A stretch of 63,674 bases of DNA, the filler included, from Klebsormidium nitens (lineage: Eukaryota; Plantae; Klebsormidiophyceae): NCBI GenBank assembly GCA_000708835.1. It is 5 parts of 5 records of this genome, joined end to end, with 100 filler letters (N's around TTAATTAATTAA, not from the genome) between each part and the next. Parts side by side here need not be neighbours in the genome. Positions count along the whole stretch, not along the records: positions 30,110 to 42,055 come from DF238110.1; positions 42,156 to 52,820 come from DF238165.1; 3 more parts are not named here. The stretch is one strand, 5' to 3'. The stretch's first letter is position 1, and each line of letters starts with the position of its first letter. A model generated the notes under the pieces. It was not told where the DNA came from. It did no database searches and was given only the letters and a program-made list of their open reading frames with translations. Both the position numbers and the translations under genes were made by a program. Positions 40,142 to 51,213 of this stretch are shown here, in pieces.

Positions 40142-40330
40142 GATGGATCATTCACTGAACAGACACGGACATTGATGAATCGCAGGGCGATTCTGTCATT
40201 GTCTGCCAGGCTAAGCATGGCAATATCTACCATGGCTCCATCTTGCAGTCGTCTTTCGACGAATCCGCTTCACGCATAGCGCGAAGGAGGATGTTCCTAG
40301 CACCATTGCAATCCCTGTCCAGGATGGAAG
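40142..40330 (-). ncRNA. Putative omegaRNA scaffold overlapping the Fanzor2 3' end
   Basis: Position between the RuvC-III coding region and the inferred right end; hairpins at 40249-40262 (GAAA loop), 40216-40234 and 40177-40193. Confidence 0.55.
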
Positions 40331-42011
40331 CGCATTGATCACACTGAAGAGTCTTGCTACTGCCCAAGTCCTCCTTCATGTGTCCACACCTTCCACAGGT
40401 CTTGCTTGTGTAGTGCTCAGATACGATTAGTACTATGGCGCCTCGGACAGCGGCTTTGGCTTTCAGCCGCTGCATAAATTTGTAGTGGGATAGAAATGAC
40501 ATCTGACGCACGGTCTTGCTTCCAATCCGCCTGCCGACCCGCTTGACCATCTCGCTGGTCTTGAACTCGGGAAGCAGGATCACCTTGGCCTTCCTTGTCA
40601 AGAAATCGGCTGTCTTGTAATGGAGTTCGTCTCTGAGGTGTGCCAATTTCTTTCTTACCTTGAGGATCCTTAGTCTCACTGCTCTCCTCTTCCGTCTGTG
40701 CTTCTTGATGATCCTCTTCTCAAACGAGATCAGCCTGTCCAGTTGGATGGCCAGTGAGAAGAGACGAGTTGCACAGCCATCTCCAAGCTTGAAGACCTCG
40801 CTAGGACTGTATGCGGTCTGGAAGGTCCGAATACCAGGGTCGAGCGAGATCACGGACTCCTTCACCTCATTAATTAAGGAACGCTCACCTTGTCCAATTG
40901 CTTCCGGGGTAGGCTTCTGATATGGTATGATAAGATAGTACCGCGCTCCATCGAACTGGATCTTGCAATCCTTGTTGATCTCACCTATGGTCCCGACTGT
41001 CTCGAACTCCCAAGGGCAGTAGGTCCCATAGATGATCAGAGTGCGCTTACCTCTCACCTTGATGGCCTTCTTGTCGACACCCAAACACCATCCTCGCCTG
41101 TCCTCCTTCTTCCTGGCTCTGAAACCCATGCGGAAATGAGTGATGTTCCCCTGTTTCAGATTCGTGAAGCAAGCCTTTGCATTCTTGGCAGCTTCAAATA
41201 CTGCAGCTGCCCTGACATTCTTGGGAGTCTTCAGAAGGAACGACGCATGGGAATTGACTTCGACTGGGGTGATGAGATCGCGAAGGTACATCTTGTTGTA
41301 GCTTGCAGTCTCGTTCATCAAGAACACCGCTTTATTGTAGCTATACCGAGCTGCATGCCTCCAGTCATTGAGGATCCGCTTCTGATGCTTCTTCGGTAGC
41401 AGCCTCACCTTGCGCGTCCTTATGAGCTTGGTCTCCCCTTCCTCCTCGTCCTCGCCCTCCTCCTCTGGTGTATCGTCTTCTACCATTCCATCTACAACTG
41501 AACACCTGAATGACTGCAAGCACGTCCTCTGCCATTTCTGCTTCTGGAGACTTATCGTCTTGTTGGAGAACCACGAGCTTGACACCGTGTCTCTCGAAGA
41601 TCCATGCAAGTAGATCGAATCCGAAACGACACAGTCTGTCTTTAGAGGCAACCACAATCTCCTGTACAAGCCCTCTCTCGCTCTGTTCCAGAAGGGATAG
41701 AAGTCCTTTCCTCTTGAAGTTAAGGCCGGATCCAACGTCGCTAACAACTGTGTGTCCGGGATATTGGTCAAGCAGATGCTTCTCCTGGCGGCAAAGGTCA
41801 TTCTTCTGTTTGTGACTGGACACCCTGACGTAGATGTAGGAGGTGCGCTCACAGTTTGGGTCGAGGCTGCTGAGGTCATATATCCGCTTGCCTCCGGGGC
41901 TTCGGTCAACCTTGATCTTGCCGGCGGCCTCCCATCTGATGAGGGTCCTGGTGCAGACGCTGAAATGCTTGGCTGCCTGAGACAATCTGACATAGCCCAT
42001 ACACGTGACAT
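40227..42011 (-). CDS. tnpB: TnpB/Fanzor2 RNA-guided nuclease, up to 594 aa
   Basis: RTRKVRLLP, HAARYSYNKAV, ISLDPGIRTF (RuvC-I D), ILLPEFKTSEM (RuvC-II E), TSKTCGRC...CDQC Zn finger, DRDCNGARNI (RuvC-III D). Confidence 0.93.
   Translation of the reverse strand: MSRVWAMSDCLRQPSISASAPGPSSDGRPPARSRLTEAPEASGYMTSAASTQTVSAPPTSTSGCPVTNRRMTFAARRSICLTNIPDTQLLATLDPALTSRGKDFYPFWNRAREGLYRRLWLPLKTDCVVSDSIYLHGSSRDTVSSSWFSNKTISLQKQKWQRTCLQSFRCSVVDGMVEDDTPEEEGEDEEEGETKLIRTRKVRLLPKKHQKRILNDWRHAARYSYNKAVFLMNETASYNKMYLRDLITPVEVNSHASFLLKTPKNVRAAAVFEAAKNAKACFTNLKQGNITHFRMGFRARKKEDRRGWCLGVDKKAIKVRGKRTLIIYGTYCPWEFETVGTIGEINKDCKIQFDGARYYLIIPYQKPTPEAIGQGERSLINEVKESVISLDPGIRTFQTAYSPSEVFKLGDGCATRLFSLAIQLDRLISFEKRIIKKHRRKRRAVRLRILKVRKKLAHLRDELHYKTADFLTRKAKVILLPEFKTSEMVKRVGRRIGSKTVRQMSFLSHYKFMQRLKAKAAVRGAIVLIVSEHYTSKTCGRCGHMKEDLGSSKTLQCDQCASILDRDCNGARNILLRAMREADSSKDDCKMEPW
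41365..42000 (-). CDS. tnpA: IS607 serine recombinase TnpA, 211 aa
   Basis: N-terminal MerR-like HTH (TRTLIRWEAAGKI...GGKRIY), YVRVSSHKQKNDL, DVGSGLNFKRKGL, DRLCRFGF, DVLAVIQVFSCR. Confidence 0.95.
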   Translation of the reverse strand: MGYVRLSQAAKHFSVCTRTLIRWEAAGKIKVDRSPGGKRIYDLSSLDPNCERTSYIYVRVSSHKQKNDLCRQEKHLLDQYPGHTVVSDVGSGLNFKRKGLLSLLEQSERGLVQEIVVASKDRLCRFGFDLLAWIFERHGVKLVVLQQDDKSPEAEMAEDVLAVIQVFSCRWNGRRRYTRGGGRGRGGRGDQAHKDAQGEAATEEASEADPQ

Positions 42012-42055
42012 TTGCTGAGAAAATAAAGACTGAGATTTGTACGCGCTTGTCCGCG

Positions 42056-42155
42056 NNNNNNNNNNNNNNNNNNNNNNNNNNNNNNNNNNNNNNNNNNNNT
42101 TAATTAATTAANNNNNNNNNNNNNNNNNNNNNNNNNNNNNNNNNNNNNNNNNNNN
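42056..42155. other. Artificial contig linker
   Basis: 44 N + TTAATTAATTAA + 44 N. Confidence 0.97.
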
Positions 42156-44336
42156 AAAGACTCTGCATAATGTAGATACCACTTATTACGTAAGCACTAG
42201 AGACGTTTGGAAGACGTTCGAAGTTGACGACCCAAAACATTCATTCCAAATTGACCAAGTAAGGAAGCTCTTGCCGCACGTCCATCGTTCTTGCGCACTA
42301 TGGCGTCCTAGTAAGCTACTTCATTGTGTTTCGAGCAGCTTTCGAGGACTTGCGTGACCGATTTGCATCATTGAATACTTGTTGTTGAGCCGCAAGGAGA
42401 ATCCGGGCTCGTGTGTACTTTATCCCGGTTCGGGTGTTGTTTTGCGTCACAACTGCACTCCACTGTGAACCCGGGCCCCGAGTGCCGAACGGTACCTACC
42501 GTAGATCCTGTACCGGCCGAGTTACTAAAATGTCAGACTTCGAGTACTATATACCGTCGATTGAATTTCTGCGGGCATCATCGACGGTTTGCGGTAGCTA
42601 CCTAAATGGCAAAGGGCTTCAAAAGGCCCCATTCTAGGCTGAGATGCCCTGACTTCAGACCATGTAATGTGTGCACTTTCCAATTTGCGGGGCCTCGGAG
42701 TCACGAGGATGGACGATCCACGGATTTCCTTCTGCCCTATGGCGCTTCATACCAAGCAAGAGGCCACCATGGCCATGGCTTCCAATACCTCTGGTGATGG
42801 ACGACGGGAAAAAGGGCGATAAAATAGAGAGTTGCAACTTGATATATAGGCCTTGGACCAACTCCAACCAAGTGGACGCCCCTGCCTCCTCTCATATTTG
42901 CATCTTATGTAGCTCTCTACTTGGCTCCATTTGAGAGGCCAAATTCCTTTTTATGGGAGGATTTTCCGAGGTTCCGGGGATATTTCCGAGGTTTTTTTTT
43001 TCGGTGCGACTGTACTCCGACCTCCGAGTAGCTACAAATTTACCTCCGAAAACCGTCGATCGACCGTTGCGCGATCTGCGCAAATTCGGTCCGACCGGGG
43101 TAATTCGTAACTAATCTACGGTCGGACCGAGGTCTGTGAGTCGCGCCGTAGCTGTCCTGTGCCCTAGATTCCAACTCTACCGTCATCGTGCTTGCACATG
43201 AAATCAATTCTGATCCATGATCGACTTGGTTGCCCAAGCACACGGAGCGGGGACGAAAGAGAGATGCAAGGCGGTTTAACCATGGTACACTTATTTCTTA
43301 TAAGCAAATAAGTTCAACAATCAAGTCTTACGTTCTCCCTCTTAATAGAGACTTTAATCGAAAGACAAGCTTAACTTTGATACAACATTATTGTTTAAAT
43401 ATTGTGGATACTTTAGAAAGATCTATGTAGCGGTCTATTTCCGGTGGCGGCGTACACGTAGGACAAAAACCAAGCAGCCTCCGGTATCTGCGTTACAAAC
43501 TAGCGTCAAACACTTCGTTCGCCAGCCTTTATTACGCTTATCACACAACGCATTTTATGCTTAATAGTGGTTACCTTCGTTTTATGACACACTTTATCCA
43601 AATCTTTTCGTGCCAATTGAGGATTTTGCCACCAATCTATATTAGGATTATGACAAGGAGAGCATTCTCTACATGATCGTGGATGCGTTTGCGATCGCGA
43701 CCGTCCAAGACAAGCATCCCGTTGGGCTTTGTATCAAAAACTCGTAAGATAATCCTACCAACTCTAGGGTCCATTGAGTCAGCCTTCTGACGGTTCAGAC
43801 ACACCAAGTCCCCTACTGCAAATCGTCGAAGCTTTGGCTTCAAGCCGCCAGAGCGCTTATGTGCATTTCTCAAGGTATTCCCATGTTGCGCAATCGCTAG
43901 TTGTTGAAGGCGATTGGCATCTCACGCTCAAATAGCTCAGCCCATTCCTTGATAACTCTTGCCCACACCTTAGGGTTGTCCAAGCCCACAATTTCGGTGA
44001 GGATCCCTTTGATAGCAGCCCCAACAATTGGCCATATGCCAAACAGAAGAAAGTAGGGTGAGTATCTTGCAAGAGAGCGCTGTCTGCTTATTGGGTACCA
44101 CATTGCAATCCAATATAGTTGAACGTCCCAGAGGCGACGATTCGACTTTAGCACAAACTCTTGAAGTGCTTCCTTGACTGTCGGAACCATTCTTTTTGCA
44201 AGTCCGTCTGACTGAAGGTGGACCCTAGAAGTAAGCCTGTGATCAATGAGAAGCTTGCGCAGCAAGTTTGCAAACTCTCTTTGAAACTCATCACCATGAT
44301 CAATCAAAATGTCTGCCGGTGCTCCATATTTGCAAA

Positions 44337-44952
44337 TGTTAAGATTCGGTGATTATAGTCAGCCGAATTACTGTGATTAGGGTTCGGCCCGAGTTAGGGT
44401 TTGGACTAGTGAACGACGTGCGTGTACGGTGGTTGGACGGTTAAACCGTTAGACGGTTTGGNNNNNNNNNNNNNNNNNNNNNNNNNNNNNNNNNNNNNNN
44501 NNNNNNNNNNNNNNNNNNNNNNNNNNNNNNNNNNNNNNNNNNNNNNNNNNNNNNNNNNNNNNNNNNNNNNNNNNNNNNNNNNNNNNNNNNNNNNNNNNNN
44601 NNNNNNNNNNNNNNNNNNNNNNNNNNNNNNNNNNNNNNNNNNNNNNNNNNNNNNNNNNNNNNNNNNNNNNNNNNNNNNNNNNNNNNNNNNNNNNNNNNNN
44701 NNNNNNNNNNNNNNNNNNNNNNNNNNNNNNNNNNNNNNNNNNNNNNNNNNNNNNNNNNNNNNNNNNNNNNNNNNNNNNNNNNNNNNNNNNNNNNNNNNNN
44801 NNNNNNNNNNNNNNNNNNNNNNNNNNNNNNNNNNNNNNNNNNNNNNNNNNNNNNNNNNNNNNNNNNNNNNNNNNNNNNNNNNNNNNNNNNNNNNNNNNNN
44901 NNNNNNNNNNNNNNNNNNNNNNNNNNNNNNNNCTCTACCATGAGTTTCGACA
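44337..44952 (+). mobile_element. Solo LTR (mostly in an N gap) inserted in the Ty3 integrase
   Basis: TG...CA ends, TSD GCAAA/GCGAA; first 125 bp match the LTR at 52365; removal restores VL(C/R)KYGAPADILIDHG. Confidence 0.85.
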
Positions 44953-47635
44953 GCGAAGCACCCCTCTTAATGCAGCGGCAGTGTAGTGAGACTTTTTCGT
45001 TGGAATCGAAACCAACTCAATCCACTTTGAAAAGTGCTCAATCATAACAACAACGTATCTATTTCCCAAAGTAGACTTGAAAGTAATCTTGCACAAATTA
45101 ACACCCCATTTGTAAAATAGTCTCATGATAGGCAAAGGCTTTAATGCAGGGTCCTTGACTTCAAAATCTGCCTTGACTCGATCACAAACGGTGCAAGAAG
45201 AGACTTCCTTTCGTACTTGAGTAAACTTCTCAATCCAGAAGTAAGTTGGTTCCAGGAGAGAGTAGATTTTGTAAACTCCAAAGTGCCCAACTTTAACAAG
45301 GAGAGCTTGAATTAGATTCGCTCTATGTTTAGGTGGTGGAACAACTTTATCAATCTATAATGAACTTTGCTTTTTCCGTTTTCGAAGCAACCCATTCAGA
45401 GAGTAATAACCTTTAGCTCGATGCTGAGTTCGATTTCATTCCTAAGCTGGCAGAGCCAAAAGTTTGCTCCTTTAGATACTGCAAAGTGCTCTTGTCAAGC
45501 CAGATATCGCGTGAGGTCCGACTTGAACGTAGGTAAGCAACATCAAGGTCCCCATCTCTGTGAGAACCAGAAAACGGCAAGCTCAAATCTTCAACGGCTG
45601 AAATCGGAGCAAGCGTTTCACTATCCTTTTCAGAGGCGTCTGCAGGCTGTGGGACAACAACTGCAACACATGCTAATAATGCTAAGCCAACAGAAAGGGA
45701 AAGAAGCGCAATCGAAGGTGCATCATGATTCATGATCCATGCGAGCATAAGTTAGATCAGTTTCATCTTTAAGAGGATTTCTGGACAGACCGTGTGCATC
45801 CTCCGACTTTAAGCCTGAACGATGCTTGATTTCGAAATCATACTCTAACAGAACGTGTGCCCATCTAGCATGCAATCCTGTCAGCTTTCGTTGGTCATCA
45901 ACCACTTCAAAGGTTCGTGGTCAGTTAACAAACTGAAGCGCCGTCCATAAAAGTGAACCCGAAGATGAGAGACCCCGCAGACAATAGCTAAGCATTCCCC
46001 AGCATGGTTAGAATAAATTCTTTCGGTTCTGTTATTGCTTCTAGATGCATAAGCAATGACATACTCACGGCCCTCATCATCTCGTTGAACCAGAACAGCT
46101 CCAAGCCCCACACCACTCCACTCTGTATGAAGCTTAAAGTCACGGCTATAGTCAGGCCGCCTCAAAATCGGCGCCTGCGTCAGTCTCTCCTTGATTGTAT
46201 CAAAGGCACGCTGACGATCAGAGGACCAGTACCAAGTCACATCCTCACGGAGCAGATCGTTCAAAGAGCTGCATCGTGTTGTAATGCTTAATAAATTTCC
46301 TATACTAATTCGCAGTCCCTAAGATAGCACGAAATTCTGACACATTGGTTGGAGGCAGCATCTTGACAATCGCCTCAACTTTAACGGCCGTTGGCGCAGT
46401 GCCACGAGGCACAATCTTGTGTTCCGGATACTCCACATCAGCAAAAGCAACCCTCATTTTGAAAGGGTGACACTTCATGTTCTTATCTCGAAGTCGACCA
46501 AAGACCTGCCCCATATGTTGCTTATGCTCACTCAAAGTCTTTGAGAAGATAATCACATCGCCAATTAAGCAACGTGCGTTATGTCTTTCTCGAAGCAAAG
46601 TCTGATCCCTGACTCGTTGAAAGAGTGGCGGCGCATGCTTAAGTCAAAAAGGAACGACTGTCCACTCATGAAGGCCATCAGGACACCGAAAAGCACCCTT
46701 ACAACAATCTTCCTCAGCAAACCGTACCTAATGATAGCCCATTCTCAAATGAAGAGTGGTAAAAACGGCAGATCGTTCAGAGAGAGCGTCGAAAATGTAT
46801 TCTGACGTTGGCAAAGGATAGTAATTTGTGGGCATTTTACTGTTGAGAGCTCTATAATCAACACAAGGCCTTTTCAAGGTCCAATTACCATGTTCGTCCT
46901 TCTTTGGAAGCATTGTTACAGGAGCAGCGCACTCAAAAGTTGAATCTTTGACAAATCCTACCAGTTGCCTTTCTCCTCTCCATTTGCTCTCGCAAAATCT
47001 CTTTTGAGACTGAGACAAACGATGCTGCTGCTTAAAAGTCGGAGTCTCGTTCATAAGCTTGATTCGAAACGTCTCTCCCTCTGTCACACCTAATCCGCTT
47101 GTATCAAAAGCAAACACATCTCGGAATTCATCCAAAATTTCAGTCGAGTCAGAAATCTCCTCAGATAAAAGACTTGAATTGGTTGGCCATCTGAACACTT
47201 TAACAACGGCCTTGCCCTCTGTCCCCTCACTTCTAACTTGCTTGGGCATTTTTCTATTTAAAGCGGACTGGGCAGCCGTCAAGTCAGACGGATTCGTAAT
47301 ATTGAAATTACTAGCAGCTGAAATCTGAATGTCAATAAAAGGTTCAGCCGAGCTTGAAAAATTCATATATCACTTACAAGCTTTCGTTCAACAGGCACAC
47401 CACCCCCCCTCCCAGACTGAACTAACATGGGGTTGCCTGCAACTGGGCTTGCAAACTGCTTGCCAAAATCGGCCAACTCCGATGGCAACAAACTCTGGGG
47501 CAACAGAAACAAACCTGATGGGACCGGAGCATGCCCCCGAGAAACTAGTGACGCATTCACCCCGATCCGGCCCCTAACCCATCAAGAACTTAAAAGTGCC
47601 TTCTGAAAGGCCAAAACAGCACCAAGCAGAAAAGT

Positions 47636-48575
47636 TCATTGGTTCATGTCCATGGAACCACCCAACAATCTTAAGCGACTAGCTTCGCTTAAAGGGTTAT
47701 GAAGGTTGTCTGACGTACCTCTTGGAAAACCCATGGCCCGTTCCTTCTCAAGCAAGGTTGGCGGTTCGACCGTACCAGGGGCTCGCACGCAGCTCTATGC
47801 AACAATCAAGACGAAAAGCATCAGAATCTTTGAATGTCACAAACGTTGCGAGGAGCGCAAGGTTTGCCAACAATATTTACTGGATGCGGTCCCGGAGCAC
47901 GTTCATGCTGAGCGGCCTTGCGCCCACCTGCCTGGTACCAAAACGTCCTCCACGGATTGATCTGGAGAACGAAGTAAGAAGCGATCTTCCATCAACGACT
48001 CAAGTAAAAGTGGTGGGAATCAAGTTCGTCCAGAATCAGCGAAACCTGTGAGCATGAGAACCAATTGCAACAACGTCAAAGGCAAAACCTTCTCCAAGGA
48101 TTCCTTTTACCACTTGACCGAATTCAGCTTGAAGCAGAGAATTCGGTTGATCTGATGCATCTACTTTCTCTATTACCCACCCACACGGGCCGTGCTCAGA
48201 AGCAAACAGATGTATAAATCGGTTCATGTCAAAGAAGACTGCAAAACGTGCATCTCTAGGTATTGAAGCCCGTCTGGGCGGCCTAGAGAAACCTTGACAT
48301 GGAAGCCACAAACAAATCAAGTCCACAGGCCCTAAACTGCAATCATGGTCGCGGGTTATCATTCGAATCTCTTGTGGAAGCAAGCAAAAGCAGCGCTCGA
48401 ATGCATCTAAAGGCAACAAGTTAGAAAATATCTGTGCTACAGAGTTAGGTCGAGCTAAAGCAACACTACGCGCTTGTGAATCAATCTCACAAACGTGAAG
48501 CTGCTTGATCCTTACTCCGGACCTGACAAGGGCTTCAGTAGCAAGCAAAGCTCCACACAACTCAACTACAACCAA
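47636..48575 (-). pseudogene. C5 cytosine DNA methyltransferase domain within Ty3 pol
   Basis: Motif I VVELCG, IV PCQGFS, VI IEKV, VIII AHRFR*FWTN, IX EKERAMGFP, X LLGGSMD; immediately upstream of RT. Confidence 0.88.
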
Positions 48576-48578
48576 GCC

Positions 48579-48725
48579 CGGTGTCGCCTCACTATAGCTC
48601 TTGCCTCCCTCCTGTCGGCAACACACAGCTACACGATGAATTATTATGGTAGATGTTGCGATGCTCATCGTGTAGCTGTGTGTTGCCGACAGGAGGGAGG
48701 CAAGAGCTATTGTGAGGCGACACCG
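48579..48725. repeat. Near-perfect hairpin: 61-bp arms, 25-nt loop
   Basis: 48579-48639 is the reverse complement of 48665-48725 with one mismatch. Confidence 0.95.
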
Positions 48726-51213
48726 TGGCCTCTCTGCTGACCAACTGTGTAGTGACAGCACAATATATACTCCTAAGTGCAATGAGCATATAACAAGCTT
48801 TTAACGGGTTCAACTTTTACCCCCCCAAGTTGTGACACGAGGCTCTCTTTCAGCAAAAGTTTTCAGCCCACAGCATGGTCAGCTCTGTAGACCTTAGTAG
48901 ATCAGATTCATATGCTCAAATCACTTGTCCCTGCTGATTTGAACACTTTCAACCTCCGCTTTTTCAAAAGCCCTCAAAATTGCCTATTTGATCCTAGGCC
49001 ACTTTTCAAAGCAGAAAGCACAGCGCAAAACAGGTCCAGAGCTGAAGATTTCAACATAGGGGTTCCTATTTGAGGTCATACCAGGTTTTTGCACTGCTGA
49101 TATTGAAAAATAATAACAAACGAGCTCGAAGTGAGCTAAGTTCCATGCGCCCCCCCCAATTTTCCGGTATTTCAAGATATTACCGGCATATGCGCGCGAT
49201 CAGCGCAAGACATTGGCAGGGCAGAGCCTCATTCAACCTTCCCTTCAGGATAACAACCTACTGGAACCATGTTGATTCTGAAACAAGTTTTTGCACTGAT
49301 CAAAATTGGCTGTAACCATCAAATTTCAAAAGGGGGCACACCTCGGTGCCATTTTGGGCATTTTGCCACGGGCGATCTTTTGAGATGAAGCCATTCAATC
49401 AGAACTAGCAGAGAAAGTCTTTCAACAATATTAGAATAGACATGACTTACACAGCCTGCTCTCCTTGCAATTGTTCTTTCACCTCCCGCGATACGCCACG
49501 CGCCTTTCGCCATCAGAGGATGGGCTCGTCAAAGGAAATGGGGTGCTCAATTATGTATTGAGAGGCCTGACCTGATTGAGAGCCTTTTGACTGTTCAAAA
49601 TCTTCAAAGAAAGTTATGCTCCTTGAAAGTGGCGTTTGGAGTTGTAATGCAGGCCTCCAGTGACTCGTGACTCCAGCAATGATTCGGGTATCACAGGGTA
49701 CTAGTGCACAGCCTTGTGCACCAGCCTGCACACAATTTTTGTATTGGGTACAAAAAGTGTACCCAAGCGGGCCCAACGGTCGGCCCTCGGCCGAATCCGC
49801 GGGAATTGATGCCGGCAAATCATCTGCCTGACGCGATTTATTCGCTAAATCGTGGATAGATTAGTAACGGCAATTCGCGGAATTTACGAATTGGTCATTG
49901 TCGGGACTTATTCTCTAGTGGTTTCAGGGTGTGAAACCACCAAGAATATGCATATATTATCCCAGCAAAATGGCCTTGCCCCTAGGGTAATGTCAGCACT
50001 TAACCTGAGAATTTGTAGCCCAAGTAGTCACATAAGTGCCCAGGATTGGGACAACAGTCCGTCCAAATCCCCCAGTCAAAAAAAATCACAAACCGTGTGC
50101 TTATGAAAATAAAATCGATTCTGTCAGAAAATAGTAACTTACCTCGAAGGATAATTTTGAAATTATCCGCCAGCAGAGTGTGATCCAAAACGCTCGTACT
50201 CGTTCTCAGATTCTCAAGTCCGGTACTTGAAATTCTCCGAGGCTTCCGAGCGGTTACGCTAGAATTCAAAATTTCTAGGAATCCACCGAGCTCTTTTTAC
50301 GTGTCGAATTCCGGGAGGCGGCGAGCGAATGGATATCGAAAGCTTATACTCGGAATGACTTGTGAAATCGATGGAATATGCAGTGGTCGTGGATGCTTGA
50401 ATATGCGAATGGGAGATGCTCAAATCACTATGGAAGATGTACATAACTTGTACAAGGTAACCTTGGCAGGGCGCCTTGGTTTCGTTGTTGCTTGTATCGC
50501 TTTTTGCTTACATGTGAAAAGAGGACGATTCTAACTTCTGGCATCAATTTATAGTCTACCAAAATCTAGGTGTCGATTAGTCTTGAATTGGACTTTCTCT
50601 GTCAGACTCGTGTCTCGAACCATGTGTATCACGTGGTAGTGTCGAAAGTCACGGAATTGCTCATGAGGTGCCATGTGGCGCTATGAGATCGTCACGCGTT
50701 TGCAGCCTTGACCCTAAAGATTGTGCGCTAGTCGCGATCCGAGTCTTGCTTGCGATTGGTGCGAAAGATCGCAAGATCTTTTGCCGCGTGGCAATTGGCT
50801 ACTCGTATCCTCTGCCAGCTCTGCAAGATAACACCTAACCTAGGTGACGTCGATATATTATCCTACTGCGTACACCGTCGAAATGATTGCATCGTACGGT
50901 GGTCGAAGTTGCGACAGGCTGCGCAAGCCGTCGATTCCGTATCGCATGCTCATCGAGTCGCAACCTTATCATTCATGTCAGCACAATATTCGGTATTGCA
51001 TCCCGTTCGCTAATACGACCGTCGACGTTTGAAGCATTTGAGTGGAAATCGCGATTATGCGCGCGTGAAATGGGCGCCACTATTCGAAGTGCGCGTCGCG
51101 CGTTGTCGCATCCAAAGCGCAGGTTTGGCCGCGGCCGCTCAGCGCGCGCGCCATACTTAGCCTCGTTGTTATCTGGACTCTAGCGAGAAGCGATTACACC
51201 GAGCTCACATCAC

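Larger units (their letters stand above)
40140..42052 (-). mobile_element. IS607-family element (~1.9 kb) with TnpA and TnpB/Fanzor2
   Basis: Serine resolvase plus RuvC nuclease; candidate GG junctions at 40140-40141 and 42051-42052; TCTCAG direct repeat in the left end. The ends are inferred. Confidence 0.85.
30110..42055. mobile_element. Giant-virus-like (Nucleocytoviricota) segment, probably endogenous
   Basis: Compact, mostly intronless genes with short spacers; gene types typical of NCLDVs (T5orf172, vSET-like, HNH-NUMOD, RBR ligase, IS607/Fanzor2); no hallmark core gene (MCP, PolB, A32) is in view. Confidence 0.7.
43637..48575 (-). mobile_element. Degenerate Ty3/gypsy pol: C5-MTase, RT, RNase H, integrase
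   Basis: RT (LPKKDEHG...RPCVDYRALN, DLRMGYH-like, IGDVIIFS); RNase H (LHTEWSGVGLGAVL, IAYASR, GECLAI, LLTDHEPL, HGLSR); integrase (IEHFSKWIEL, HLQSDGLAKR); many stops and frameshifts. Confidence 0.92.

Noticed and set aside
40142-40233. N-terminus of the predicted 313-aa HNH ORF
   Set aside because: Better explained as IS607 right-end/omegaRNA sequence that happens to be in frame.
42620-42940. Short ORFs in several frames
   Set aside because: No motif and no consistent splice model.
44422-44943. ORFs of 166-173 aa
   Set aside because: Artefacts of the N gap.
50640-51210. Possible 5' LTR of the Copia remnant (TGTCGAAAGTCAC start)
   Set aside because: No alignable similarity to the LTR at 52365 and no PBS found.
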